NCBI GenBank assembly: GCA_002104905.1
Contig: MCFE01000184.1
Span: 76,432-140,431, forward strand
DNA: 64,000 bases
Reading direction: 5' to 3'
Source of the DNA: Basidiobolus meristosporus CBS 931.73
Taxonomy: Eukaryota; Fungi; Basidiobolomycota
Every line of letters starts with the position of its first letter. The first letter of the stretch is position 1. Below the pieces are notes generated by a model. That model saw only the letters and a list, made by a program, of their open reading frames with translations, had not been told where the DNA came from and did not search any database. Positions 12,915-25,989 of the stretch are shown in pieces. A program made the position numbers and the translations under genes.

Positions 12915-13233
12915 TGCGGCCAATGTAAATACGAATGTTGTACCCTATTGGTGATGTTGGTATCTAGATCCTGACCCACGCTGGGTGCCAAGATTTAGAT
13001 ATTCTCAATCCGAATAGATATGTTATCAATCACGTTATGAAGCAAAATAATGATTAGTTACACCAAAACCGATAGTTCCAAATAGGGAATAAACCATCAC
13101 ATCCGTCAAGATAGCCTTGTGGTTCAAGCGGTCTTGCCTCTCAAAAAGAACTCTAAAAGAAAAAATTCGTCGGATAATAAATGTGTGGTGGCAGCGCGAC
13201 AGCTCTATCAAGAGAGCTCTCTGATTTAGCACA

Positions 13234-14655
13234 ATGGAGACTGGTCCTCAACCCGATGAACCACTAGCCTGGTCTAATGTTGGTATTGCTGCAACCTTAC
13301 TAACGATCAACGGTAGCGTTTCTCGTCGACCTCAGTTTATTTCTCTGTTCTAAAGCGCTTCCTGACCACAGGCTTCATCTCACTTTACATGGGATTAAAC
13401 CTGGAATGGTCGCTTCTCATCAGTGGGACCCGAGCCTTGGTGCAGTTGACTCTGATGGGAATGATTCTTGAAGATGTGTTCAAGACCCAAAATCCGTTCT
13501 TTATATTCGGAATGGCCTGTAAGCGATATTGTTTGAGTGTTTATTTGAGATAGGCTACTCAACAGGTTTGCTCCCTTATAGGCGTTCTTGTGTTACTGGG
13601 CGCCTACGAGACCACCTTTAATAAGAGTAAAAGAAGGCATACGGGGATGGTAGGTGGAAAATATTGACGATCAAGTAAATATGTCCGCTAATGGGTGAGA
13701 TGTCAGTTCGTCTCAGTTCTGATATCGATGTTTTCTAGCACGCTTTTCATTGGCCTAATTGGTGATCCATGGACGTTGTATACTCCCTCGAGAGCTGCCA
13801 ATTAACCTGCATCGTACATATAGGTAATGCCTTCGCCATGAATGTTACTCCCGTGTGGACTGCTCATAAATTCATCCCAACGCTCGGGATGCTCCTGGGT
13901 AACTGCATGACGGGGATGGCACTTGGAATCAGTTCCTGCCTCACTCAATTCTGGTACGTTTCGGCCCGGTGTATTAGCTTGGAGATTGGCTAATGCTTAT
14001 GTGAAGTGACAACAAGGAGCGGATAGAGATGGCGCTGGCGTTTGGTGCCACCAGATGGGAGGCTGGGCGCCCAGTCGCCGTGGAGGCTATCAGGGTAGCC
14101 ATGTTGCCATCCATCAACTCGATGAGGTGAGTGCTCGGCAGTTGAGTTTGAACTTTTTTTGACCATCTTCAATAACCACAAACTGGGTTGACAGCGTCAT
14201 GGGGCTCATCTCTATTCCAGGTTAGTCGTCATACGCAACATAGAATTCGACGTCGAGACTGAGCATGGAAGTTTAGGCATGATGACGGGCCAGATCCTTG
14301 GTGGCGCGCCGGTCATGGATGCGGTCAAATACCAACAAATAATCGTGTTCATGATCAGTGCCTCGACCTCACTCGGGACATTAGGAGCAGTACTCGTAAG
14401 CAATCATGCTTGGGATTTCTTATTGGGGCAGTACTAACCATTCTGAAGACTTGTGTGTCGCTATGCCTGGACTCTAATCACCGGTTGAGACTGGACCGTA
14501 TTTATAGTGCTAGCAAGACATCCACGTGGAGCTCGTTCAAGAATCTCTTTGTTGTGGGCAAGCCGACACCCTCCGACCCTGAAACCAAGAGTCTATTAGC
14601 CAAGGTTCGGTGCTATGGTAGTGACAACAGCCCTGCCGCCTCCATCGCCATTTAA
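13234..14655 (+). CDS. UPF0014 (YbbM/FetB/ALS3-like) membrane protein, multi-exon
   Basis: Spliced segments LAWSNVGIAATLL, GTRALVQLTLMG, FIPTLGMLLGNCMTG, TRWEAGRPVAVEAIRVAMLPSINSM, GLISIPG and MMTGQILGGAPVMDAVKYQQII match the UPF0014 family. The 3' end is uncertain. Confidence 0.8.
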
Positions 14656-14731
14656 GCAGGCTTATTCATCAAAACATAGAGGTACACCACCATTTAAGCA
14701 GGTTTACTCATCAAAACATAGAGGTACACCA
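14648..14731. repeat. 42-bp tandem duplication (2 copies, 2 mismatches) over the UPF0014 stop codon and 3' UTR
   Basis: CCATTTAAGCAGG(C/T)TTA(T/C)TCATCAAAACATAGAGGTACACCA at 14648-14689 and 14690-14731. Confidence 0.9.
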
Positions 14732-15242
14732 GCATTCTCGCAGCACAGGCTTGATTAATAGACGCAAATAAAATGATTAAGGTGCAGAGAACAAGCTAAA
14801 ATTCATGCATCCGAAGGCATTACTCTAATGCATTACTGGTTACTTCCGCAATATAACCGTTTTGGTTGGTTGCTTGTTCGGAGGTACACTCCTGAGATTA
14901 TACCTGATTCGGTTCTCCTAAAGAAGTTGAGTAAATCGAAGGGGGATCTCCTGTTGTTAACCATGTTGAGTAAATCGAAGGGAATAGTTGTTTAAGGTTT
15001 CCAATCCACACCAATCCAACCTAATCCACTCCTTGTTCTCCTCGTTCTCCTTCTAATCAGACCATATTGGCGCATGTATTGTATTTTAGTTCATCTTAAC
15101 TTGACTAATCCGGTTCAATAAGAGTTAATACTTCACTGCTCATTGAATCTACGCTGATTTAATACATCGCGGCTTATTGAATCCATGCTGATTCGATACC
15201 GCTCCCACCGCTTGAATGTATGCTGGCCCGGCTTCAATTGAT

Positions 15243-15325
15243 TATTACTCCTACACAACAGAGCTTCTAATGAATATTACTCCTACACAACAGAGCTTCT
15301 AATGAATATTACTCCTACACAACAG
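15243..15325. repeat. 32-bp tandem repeat x2.6
   Basis: TATTACTCCTACACAACAGAGCTTCTAATGAA at 15243 and 15275, partial copy at 15307; no spacers. Confidence 0.9.
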
Positions 15326-15652
15326 CTGGGATGGCGCTGCTTAATGATTTACAGAACCTAGATAAGGAATGTACCAACAAAAGCCTATCCCCTGCTTGGC
15401 GAGACAGTAATCAGTCAGATCTCATTCCAGGTCTCATCCCGCGACCTTCATTCCCAGTTGACTAGGCGGAGATTTTATGCGAGCAACAATCAATGTGTAG
15501 CATATGATTTAACCTCCTATCTTCGGCATGTTATAAAAGCCGTTGAACGATCACCCCAACCCAATCCAACCTCTGACTGTCATGCTGTATTTTCTCTAGG
15601 AAAACACCCAACCACACCCAACCCCATTGAAGAACCTCTCCCCCACGCTATC

Positions 15653-16369
15653 ATGCTCTATTATCCCCATGCGCCAATCAACCATCTTTCTATCCAGTTT
15701 AGTGAACACGCCAAGAAGGCGGTGACCATATTCTCCATATTCACCGCACGAGTGATCAATGGGCTCTGGCACGGCGACCGGAATCCCAACGATGCGGTCT
15801 CCGAACAGGGCATCGACTCTCCCACTCAACAGAACCGCTGCTTCGAGGTGTTCTGCTCCAGGGTGCTAGCCTGGAGCAAGGCTTCCAAGTTGACGGTGTA
15901 TTTGTGTCTCAAGTATATTCATCGGCTGAAAATCTATCGGCCCGAGATCCAAGGGGCACTCGGCTCAGAGTACCGAATGTTTGTCGTCGCCCTCCTGGTG
16001 GCACAAAAAATGCTAGAGGACAAGTCATTCAACAACAAAACCTGGGCCGTGATCACCGGCCTCCAGGCACGAGAAATCAGTATCATGGAGAGGGAGTTCT
16101 TCCAGTGCTTGAAGTGGGACATCCATGTGTGTCATGTGGAGTTCGAGAGCTGGCGGGCGAGCCTGGAGCGCCAGTACGACTATTTCCACACATTCATGTC
16201 GCAACTCGAAGCTCACAACAGCATCCCTCTGACGCCACCATCGTTCTCGCCCCCCTATCCCAAGCATCGGGGTCACTCCTCGTCGTTCCCCCATCCTCAT
16301 CCTCATCCTCACTCCCATCCATATCAATACGCAGCCTCAAAGCGACGCCGGTTTTCATCTATTTACTGA
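15653..16369 (+). CDS. Pcl/Pho80-like cyclin (~238 aa)
   Basis: Cyclin box: LTVYLCLKYIHRLK...GSEYRMFVVALLVAQKMLEDKSFNNKTWAVITGLQAREISIMEREFFQCLKWDI. First ATG at 15653 (the track starts at TTG 15458). Confidence 0.88.
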   Translation: MLYYPHAPINHLSIQFSEHAKKAVTIFSIFTARVINGLWHGDRNPNDAVSEQGIDSPTQQNRCFEVFCSRVLAWSKASKLTVYLCLKYIHRLKIYRPEIQGALGSEYRMFVVALLVAQKMLEDKSFNNKTWAVITGLQAREISIMEREFFQCLKWDIHVCHVEFESWRASLERQYDYFHTFMSQLEAHNSIPLTPPSFSPPYPKHRGHSSSFPHPHPHPHSHPYQYAASKRRRFSSIY

Positions 16370-17044
16370 ATGCCTGTAGAAGTCACCCATTACTCTCATC
16401 TGTACTATCAATCCTTCTCGCTGATCCCCTCTTTCCTGGTAGAATCGGATCCTCCTGTATTTTTAATTTTAGCTTCCCCATTCGCCTCCAACGAATGAAA
16501 TGTTCTGGCTTGGCCGTTCGTCCCAAACACTTCTTGCTTCGAGTCGCCTGTACTATATATGCACGTCTCAATATTTCTTGACTGTCTCATGGGTCTGCAT
16601 TACCGATTCTGTCTTAGTTCTACCAATAGAGATGAAGAGACCCTCAGGGAAATAAATTCATGCATTGCTGCGAATCCCGCCAACCTGACAACCAGATGGC
16701 ATTCTCTGAACATGTCTAAGCCACCACCGAGCTTTACGTAATGGCCATTTAGGCTGGTGTTCGATCGGGAAGCTAAGCCACATCACATCAATCACTTGAT
16801 GTTTACCCAAGAGACATGGGAACCCAGTAATTTTGGTCGCTTGATTAGATGTCCACTCAACACTCACCCCTTTTGCTCTGACGACGCATCGCGAGCCCAC
16901 TTCGTCATCCACGAACCCACTATAAATAACCTGAGCCAGCGATTTCCCCACCAGCGGCTACTCTTTCCACCTACATCGAACGATTTCCCAGTGATTTGAC
17001 TTTGAACACTCTGCTCCCCGAGATAACAAGTAGCTGAAGAAGAC

Positions 17045-18910
17045 ATGCGCATCTCCACCCTGTGTGTGCAATTATTCCTCCTCTCCGCCGTCATCGCCAC
17101 CCCGAATGTTGGCAAAGAGAGGACCATCTTGCAGGTTTTGGATGACGACTACAGATTTGCCCGGTTGATGGACGCATTGAATAAGGAGCGCTCCTTGACC
17201 GAAGAATTGATCGATCGGCCCAAGGGCGAGGTAAGCGGTTTTTTGTTTGTCTCTGGTGTTCCTCTCACTGAGCCGGCTCCCTCTCCAGATGACCGTCTTC
17301 GCCCCGACCAACGAGGCTTTTCGAAAGCTTCGTGATCGCTTTAGAGGCCGCTATCCCAAGGACCTTCTAAAAGAGGTAACTATTTCCCAAATGTCTTACT
17401 CTCACTCCCCCCCGTCTAACTTCGAGTGCAACAGATGATCCAATATCATGTGATCTACAAGGTAACCCCTTCGGAGACATTGAGCGACGTTAAGCTGTTC
17501 CAGACGTCTCTGCAGCTCAAAGAGCTGGACGATCGGATGCAGAGTGTTCGGATCACCAAGCACAACGGAAAGCCGCTGCTTAATGGCCACGCTAGATTGC
17601 AAGAGACCGATCTGGGCGCGATCAATGGACTGATCCACGCCATCGACGAAGTATTGATCCCTCCACCGGAGATCAACAAAGTCCTCCTTAGAACCCCATC
17701 GCTGTTCTCCACCATGAGCGCGGCCCTTCAGAGAACCGGGCTGGACAAGAAGGTCCAGGAGTCCTCCGCACTTACCGCGTTCATTCCCACAAACCAGGCA
17801 TTCAGGAACCTCGGATGTCGCGCCCTGAACCATCTGTTCTCCAAGGACGGGGAGAAGGATCTCCGGAAATTAGTCGAGTATCACTTCTCCAACAAATTCT
17901 CCTACTCTCTGGATATGCTCAATGAGGTCACCGGTGGAGGTGGCGAAAAGCGTGGTCGCAGAAGAGACGACAACAGGCGTCGTAGAGACGATGACTGGGC
18001 GAAGGAGAACGGAATGGTAACCTTCAAGTTGGATCACCCTCAAGACGTGGCTGACAGTATTGAGGATGAATGCTACGATGAACGGGACTTGTACACTCGA
18101 CCTCGCCGCGGCAGACGTGGTGGCTGGGACGATGACGATTACGACCAGCCTCGCCGTGGAGGCGACCGTCGCGGCAGGGGTGGTTGGGATGATGATGACG
18201 ACTATTATGACCAACCTCGCCGTGGAGGCGACCGTCGCGACAGGGGTGGCTGGGATGATGACGACGACTATTATGACCAACCTCGTCGTGGAGACCATGG
18301 TCGTGGACGAGGCGGTTGGGATGACGATGACTATGACCAACCTCGTCGTGGTGGCCACCGTCATGGTAGAGGCGATTGGGACGATGATGATGACTATGAT
18401 CAGCCACGTCGCGGTGGCCATCGGCATGGAAGAGGGGGCTGGGATGATGACGATGACTACGATCAACCTCGTCGTGGTGGTCATCGCCATGGCAGAGGTG
18501 GTCGGGACGATGATGACGATTATGACCAACCTCGCCGCGGAGGCAATCGTCGTGGAAGAGGTGGCTGGGACGATGACGATGACTATGATCAACCACGTCG
18601 TGGCGGCCATCGTCGTGGTAGAAACGACGATCATGGACGTCGCGGCCGTCATGATAACCCTCATGGACGTGAAGACACTGAAAAGATCCGATTCCCATCC
18701 ATGTTTGGTGGGGAGAAGTTGGATGTCTACCTAAACTCAAACTCACTCCGAGGTAACCACTTCGACATCGTGGTCAACAACGAAGCGCGTGTTATCTTCG
18801 CCGACTACGTCGCTAAGAACGGGGTCATCCATGGGCTGGATAACATACTGATTCCCGAAGGGCTAGACATCCCTGATGATTGGTTCGACGATGAACCCTG
18901 TGAATTCTAA
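17045..18910 (+). CDS. Secreted two-domain fasciclin (FAS1) protein with a Gly/Arg/Asp repeat insert; 3 exons
   Basis: Signal peptide MRISTLCVQLFLLSAVIA. FAS1 motifs MTVFAPTNEAF, QYHV, NGLIHAIDEVLIPP, LTAFIPTNQAF, EYHF, NGVIHGLDNILIP. Introns at ~17231-17288 and ~17376-17434. Confidence 0.88.
18101..18625 (+). repeat. Coding tandem repeat: 8 units of ~21 aa, consensus GRGGWDDDDDYDQPRRGGHRH
   Basis: Eight DQPRR units in the 17426-18910 translation; units differ mostly at third codon positions. Confidence 0.95.
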
Positions 18911-19197
18911 AAGGAGAACCTTCGTGATTGGGATGTAAATAACATGGTAATCCACCACTTTCTCTTCGCTCAGAACGCTATCAAACTACCGCGCAATTCC
19001 TTATGATTCCCACTTGCGCCCCTTCCAGAACACCTGTTTAAATAAACAAACGCGTTTCGCTTTATTATTCTCCAATCTACCTCAGGGAAACGTCTGGAAT
19101 GGAAAGATTACACAGATAGCGATTTTAACGATAGTCATGTACTATAGAAGAGCGGTAAGATATGTAGCAGTGGGAAGAAGTGAACCCGCCGAACCCC

Positions 19198-20226
19198 TTA
19201 GCTGTCCATCACATCAGCAATCCAATTAACAATTTCCTCTGTCTGCTTCTTCTCCACCGAGCACTCGGCAAAGGTGACCAGGTTGGTGAGATGTTCAAAT
19301 TTGAATTTCTGGTCCTCGAACCCTAGGAATTCGGTAACATTGCCACCATCCCCAGAGTCATGTGTCTCAAGAGCAGCACCACGTGTGACACGAATGCGAT
19401 CACTTTGAACATGAGGTTAGTATTGGCCTTGAGGGAGGGGAGGGAGAGGGGATGGGCACAGCTAGTGTAAACAACATACATTTCCGACTCGAGGATCTCT
19501 TGGATTTTTTCCTTTCGGAAGGCCGTCAACAACTCGGACTTGTTGCAAGCTACCAGGACAGAGATTTCGGAGCGAAGGGTATGATTGTTCGATAGTACGT
19601 CATACAAATAACTGCCCAAAGGAGAGATCAGTATTTTCGTTTGGAGAAATATAGAATATATCCTACGTACTCCGCAATGGAATGTTTAAACTTATTGATG
19701 GTCGTGCTATCCACCACAAACACCACCCCGCGGGTGATGGGCATGTAGTCGGCAAACTTGAAGCGTAGCTTCTCGTGGCCGGGAACATCGACGATGTGGA
19801 TCGGGGCCTTAGTCAGTGGAGTCTCCTGATAAGGGGAATACTCGTAGTTCAGAACAGGTAGAAGAAAGTGGTCGGAGGAGGGGGAAAGGCAATTTTACCG
19901 AGGGATCTTTCAACTCCACATAGCCGTCATTCTCGGTCATAGAAGTACAAGTGGTCGGCACTTTGCCAAAACGAAGCTATAATGGGAAACGCGGCGTACG
20001 ACGGTTAGCCAACCAACCCTCCAGAGGCCGTCCACACGACCAGTAATACGTCACTTACATCACAGTACAACGAGGTTTTTCCCGAATCTGCCAAGCCTAG
20101 GAGCAGGAAAGCATCGTTCTTCTTGGCATTCTTCAGTAGTTTGCTGTGTCCCCCAGTCGACAAGAACCCAACGATAACGATGGCCAAGATGGCCACCACA
20201 ACGAGTGCTACGGTACCAAGCTCCAT
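19198..20226 (-). CDS. SRP102: Signal recognition particle receptor beta subunit, multi-exon
   Basis: N-terminal TM anchor, P-loop GLADSGKT, IVDVPGHEKLR, VFVVDS, LVACNKSEL and C-terminal FLGFEDQKFKFEHL. Confidence 0.88.
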
Positions 20227-20564
20227 GCTAAAAGCGAAAACTCGATCGTACGTGCGGGTGCACTAGCGATGATAAAAGCAGCTTGGGATTCATCCCAGCA
20301 ATTCTATTGGGTAGATTGGAAAGATTTTCAAGTGAGTGAATGCGTATCAACTGCATGTGCTTTCGATGCTCAATTTATTATAAGGAAAATCACAGTAATA
20401 TTCACAAATGAGGGAATGTCTTCAGTAGGTGAGATGCAAGCAAGAGTAGTGATCAAGCATACGTATAGAAAGAGAAGACCTTTGGAAGGGTAGCTCGACC
20501 ATTATAGTTTTGTATAAAGCTTCAAAATAATAAGTCTAAATAGAATATTTGTTTACATATCAAT

Positions 20565-22346
20565 CTAGCGGGTCCACTGACGTCCGTCACCAGCTCTGGA
20601 GTTCAAACTTCTCTGCTTGACGAAATGCTCCTTGCCATCATGGCTCTTGCCCTTGTACCCGGCACCAAAGCCACCACCTCCGCCACGACGCTCTACCTTC
20701 TCACCCTTGCCGCTGGCACCTATGCTGATGTTGACCTTGGGAGGCACAACGAACCCGAATGCCTTGGCAACCTTTTGAAGATCCAACTGGTTGACGTTGA
20801 AGATGGATTTGAGGGAATAGGAAGCGTAAGCTTGCAAGTACGAACGGTAACCGTCACGTGCCGACTTGTTGAGGTAGTAGTTCTTCTCGACCAACTTCTC
20901 GAGTTGGGCTTGGACGTTGGCGATTTTGTTGTTGGGGAACTGGTACTCATTGAGGGGGACCTTGGCCTGCTTCAAGAAACGAAGGAAGCCTAGTTCGGAG
21001 GGGAGCAAGAACAGGAGAGATTTACCACGGGTACCGGCTCTGGCGGTACGGCCCACACGATGGATATAATCTCTTGGATCATCCGGAGGATCGTATTGGA
21101 TGATCCAATCGACGGCGGGGATATCGAGGCCACGGGCAGCAACATCGGTACAGATAAGAATACCGGTCTCGGCGTTGCAGAATTCGAAGAAAGTGTTGGT
21201 TCTCTTCTGCTGCTTCTGACGGCCGTGAAGATCCAATACGGGGATGTCGATGTAGTTCAACAACTCGGCGTGGTACTTGACGGAGTTACAGGAAGAGAAG
21301 AAGACAATGATCTTCTTCTTGAGGTTCTTCTTGAGGAAGGTGAACAGAAGTAGGAAGCGCTTGTCACTCTCGCAGACAACATAACCTTGCTCCAAACCTT
21401 CGGCGGTGGATGTGTCGTTTCTTTCATCAACGTTGATGTAGAGGGGTCCCTTCTTGAGCGACATTCTAGCAAGATCCTCGACCTTGGTGGTCTGGGTGGC
21501 CGAGAAAAGCATAGACTGACGAGACTCGTTGGGAAGAATACGAATAATCTGCTTCATTTCATCCTCGAAACCGCATTCCAAAATTCTATCAGCCTCATCA
21601 ATGACCAGCGCCTTCAAGTTCTTGAAGACGAATCCTCTGGTGTTTTGCAAGTGATCCAAAAGACGACCAGGAGTAGCAACGAGAAGGTTCACACCCTTGG
21701 TGAGCTTGTCGGCCTCAGCCTTTCTGTTGGCACCACCAATGACGATACCGAAAGTCTGGCTGTGGAACTTCAGAAGGTCCTTGGCAACCCCGAAAATCTG
21801 AAGGGCCAGTTCTCTGGTGGGGGAAATGATGATGACACCGGTGCCGTTTCTGGGCTTGAACTTGAGCTTGGCCAAAAGTTCGATGGCTGGGATCAAGAAA
21901 GCAAGGGTTTTTCCGGAACCAGTCTTGGCGGCACCAAGAACATCACGACCAGCCATAAGGGGAGGGATGGTGCGTGCTTGGACTTCAGTCATCTTGGTGA
22001 AGCCCATCTCGCCGATGGCGTTGGAGGTCTTCTCGGAGAGACCCAAAGCGCTAAATTCGTAGTTGAGCTCTTGACCTGTTTCGAAGCCTCATTAGTACGT
22101 ATTCTATTACAGAGAACGTGCCAAGACATATTTACCAGCTTCGTTGAAATTCTCCTGTACAATGCCACCTTCCATCTTGTGCTCGCGAATGTTGCTTTCT
22201 TCGACGGGCTCTTCGTCACCAACCTCGACTTCATCGTTGGTTTGCTCGACCTCGGGCTTTTTACTGACAGGCCCGTCGTCCTCGGTCGCGACGTGCTTAC
22301 GCTTCTTGTCGGCAGATTTCCTGGACTTCTTCTCTGCGGGTGCCAT
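20565..22346 (-). CDS. HAS1: DEAD-box RNA helicase Has1/DDX18 (2 exons)
   Basis: Q motif [44 protein letters not shown]; acidic/basic first exon 22346-~22135. Confidence 0.95.
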
Positions 22347-22758
22347 GGTGTCTCAGCTAGTAAGTCCTCTAGTTGGTGAAGTCCAATTCTAAAATACACT
22401 ACCTCTTGAAGGCAAAAAAAAAAGTGAGAAAAAAAATCATGACCTGTTTTACCAAGAACAGTATTTTTTTTCTTTTCGGGAACATTCATTTTTTCGTCCA
22501 TCAGCTGCCCTGTGCTAACCACGTCTCCACCTCGCCTTCCTGTTTAACTAATCACAAATCCTCCGAGCTGGGTTAAATTCCCTCGGAACGGAACGTAGGG
22601 AACATGAGATGAAACATTGTAAGATTTCCTGTAAACAATTCCACCCTGCCAATCAGGCGGTGTTGGCTGGATATCTCCTGTTTATTTTAAGGAATCTAAG
22701 ATGTTTCATGAGCTTATATTCTTGATCTTCCGCTTATTACAGGAAGAATCAGTGACAA

Positions 22759-25700
22759 ATGTTCATGTCATATGAGGATGTAAACATTTCCCATTCCCTG
22801 AGGGGCGGTGATTTGTTGGAGACGGAGCATTCACTATTACTCCATTATTACTTGTATAATTTAGTTGAACATTCGATTACCTGCCTACCCCACTTTGATA
22901 ACACTTATCTGCAAGTAAATAGTGACAGGGTTTTCTCAAGTCACCTTTGTCAAGCTGGAGAACATAAAACGAAGACCGAGTATAAGAAAGGCCGTGAAGG
23001 CGGTTAGAAATAAGGTTTGTTGCAATCCGCTTGCTCCCCATCTCCATAGTAACGGGCGTTAACCTTCTTTACAACTGGTTGGTGTCCCGCGTTGTCTAGG
23101 AGGTATTCTCTTCCTTCGCTATGCCTAACCATCCAGCGTCGCGCTCGGCCAACACATCTGACGAAATGACTTGGTAAAAGCACTCTCTTTGGGTCAATCT
23201 GGCGTCGAGACAGAAGCCCTCTAAGCCTTTTAACTAATAGATATCCAATGTCGAGCATTCGTACCAGTATGTAAAGGAGATGGCAGAAGGGAACCAGACA
23301 GAGTTAGCATCTCTATTAAACTTTTTTCGCAATCGGTAAGGAAGAGTCAAGAATGGCCGCTCGACATTTTGTTAACACGTCCACGCGCAGCTTGATTATA
23401 GAAGACCAATACTGGAAGAGTCTCGACAAACTTGCTAAAAAACAGGCCGAATTCTTCCCTTTAATGTAATTTCGAGCCGTTAGCCTATTGCGCTGCCAAT
23501 CCAACCCTAAGCTCCCAACTATTTGAAATTTTCAGGACTGGAACTTCAAACCTAATGACCACTTCCCAACAAGCCTTTAAAGCCATCGTGTCTGCTCACG
23601 AAGATATGGCGGCTGCGCATAAAACAATCGCCGAGAGGCTCTCCAGGGAGGTTGTGCAGTGTCTTGCTATGATCAAAGTAAGATTACAACAACCCTGTCA
23701 CCCAGGAACATGGTGACTAACTAACGTTGCCAGGATAAACATCGGACTAAAAGCGCCCAGGTCAAATCTACATTGAAGTCATCCAACAAGGAGTATTTGG
23801 AATACAGAACCCAGGTCTTACCGAAAGTAAGCGTTGCCCCGTGGTGCAATTTGAAGAGGCGTAGTAACTGATCTGTTTCACGGGGTTTAGTTACAGAAGG
23901 CGTATACCTCCAAATGCGAGTCGCTTCAGCAAGCATTTGGCAACGACGAGGAGAACCAACCCTCTCGACATAAACACGCCGTCTCCAAGGTGCGTTCAAT
24001 GTCTAACCACACATACATCCGACCCACCTGCTGATACTTTTGCACAGAACCTGGCCAAATACGCCAAAGCTAAAAAAGAGATGGATGATGCAGGTACAAA
24101 TTGTCGTGATGAACCAGTCGAAATCTGATTCTAACCAGCTCTTGCACTCTAGACGAAGATTACCGCCAAGGCATTCAAGAACTGGAACGCGTGAGGCAGA
24201 AGCACGCATTCCATACCAAGAGTGCATTCGAGGTAACAGCGAACCGCCCACCCCCTCCTTGGCAACGCACTTACGACCTTGTCTCCGATAGGAATCGAGA
24301 GTCATGGAGATTGAGCGCATCGAGCAGACAAAGGAGATCTTCCAAAAGTTTGGTATCGCGGAGCAGGAAATGTGTGACAGGACAAACGCGGTACGTGTAA
24401 CAAACGCCGTGACCAAGATGAACCGGTTGCTGAAATGATGATTAGATACTGGAGCAGATTTTCCCCTACGTGGAATGCATCAAGCCTGACGTCGACATCA
24501 AATTGTTCAGCGCATCCAGGCAGTCACATGACTACGCCCTGCCGCCACCAGTGTACTACCACAACTACTACGTTGGCGTAACTAAAGGTAAATACGACGT
24601 ATGCGCCCACCGGAATCGCATTGTTGATTCATCGATTATCCTGTAGATCTGATATTCGGGGTGCCGTTAACCGAGCACCATCGACTGAAGAAGCGACACG
24701 TGCCGTTGATTGTAGAAAAGTGCATTGATTTTATCGATCATCATGGTTGGTGGTGGTTTTGGTTTGCTCACCCTGTGCAACTGTTGATATCCTTTTAGGT
24801 CTGGACAAAGAGGGCATCTACAGGATATCAGGCAAGCACACCCAAGTCCAACAGCTCCGACAGGCGTTTGAGAAGAGCGAGGCGATAAGCCTGACTGATG
24901 ATGTAAGCGTCGCCTCGGTGGCTGGTTTGTTGAAAACGTACATCAAGGAGCTTCCCGAGCCTTTGTTTCCCTTCCCATTTAACGAGCGTGTGGAGTATTC
25001 AAGTATGACCCGAGTTCCGATCTCGCTGGGTGTGTTTCGTTAGGTGCGTTTCATACTCACGCATGTTTCCCATTCATCAGAGAATCCCGACTCCGCTGAC
25101 AGGCTGCTGACCCTGCGCCACAAGCTAAGCACCCTGCCTGATGCCCACCTCTACACATTGTTATATCTAGCCCGGCATCTGTCTCGGTAAGCCAACCCAC
25201 ATTCCCCAGTTTGCCCAACGTGAGAACTCACCTAATGCTACCAGGGTGGTGCAGCATTCTGACGTCAACAAAATGAACCTCTCGAACATCTGCCTGATCT
25301 TCACCCCGGTGATATTTTACGATGCGCCCGATTCCACCGGGGCAGGGTTTCTCGCGGAACGACAGTGCGACATTGTGTTGGAGGACCTGGTCGGCAACAT
25401 CCAGGATATCTCGGACTCGGATGGGTTGCTAAATACGGAGGGCCTGTCATCCAGAAACCGGTCAAGTCAACCATCTGGTTTGTCCCCCGCACGCCAACAC
25501 AGTAGAAACCTGTCAGCGGACGCCATCCTCAAGTCATCGCCAAGGCTGCCCGAACGATCCCATTCGGCCAACGCGCTGCTATCGAAGGAGTACCGGCTGT
25601 CCGAGCCATCCATAGACAGTTTGAGTATCAGCACCCGGAACTCTCAGCTATCCTTCGAGTCGCACAACAGCCAGTTCTCATTCAGTGACAACGCGGAGTT

Positions 25701-25989
25701 TTCTCTAAGCACCATCCCAGAGGCCAGCTTCGAGGCCCTGAAAACCCCGGAAAGCCCGTCCTTCCTGCACCCTCTGCCACCCTCCTTACCGCCACGGGGG
25801 AGTTATTCCCCACGGTCCTCCATCTCATCCAGCAGATCCTGGAACCGAGAATCCACCCAAGGGGACGTTTCACTGAGTGAATCCTCACAGGACAGTGAGC
25901 CCACCACTGCAAAATGCTCCAGCACTTCCACCGTAGCCCCAACTCACTCCATCACGCCGCCTGAGTCGCTCAACAACCTAATCTCCTAG
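22759..25989 (+). CDS. F-BAR (FCH) plus RhoGAP protein (Rgd1-like), many exons; start uncertain
   Basis: FCH-like exons (ELASLLNFFRNR...IEDQYWKSLDKL; AFKAIVSAHEDMAAAHKTIAERL). RhoGAP motifs GVPL...IVEKCI, EGIYRISG (arginine finger), LLKTYIKELPEPL, VNKMNLSNICLIFTP. Ser-rich tail. Confidence 0.78.

Noticed and set aside
15243-15325. 32-bp repeats of CRISPR-like length
   Set aside because: Units are directly adjacent with no spacers, there are no cas genes, and the context is eukaryotic.
17870-18746. Three alternative-frame ORFs (224-264 aa) over the fasciclin repeats
   Set aside because: Repetitive GAT/GAC/CGT/GGT codons lack stops in other frames; synonymous variation supports only the fasciclin frame.
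21387-22379. 330-aa plus-strand ORF opposite HAS1
   Set aside because: Antisense shadow; no domain, and it mirrors the HAS1 codon frame.
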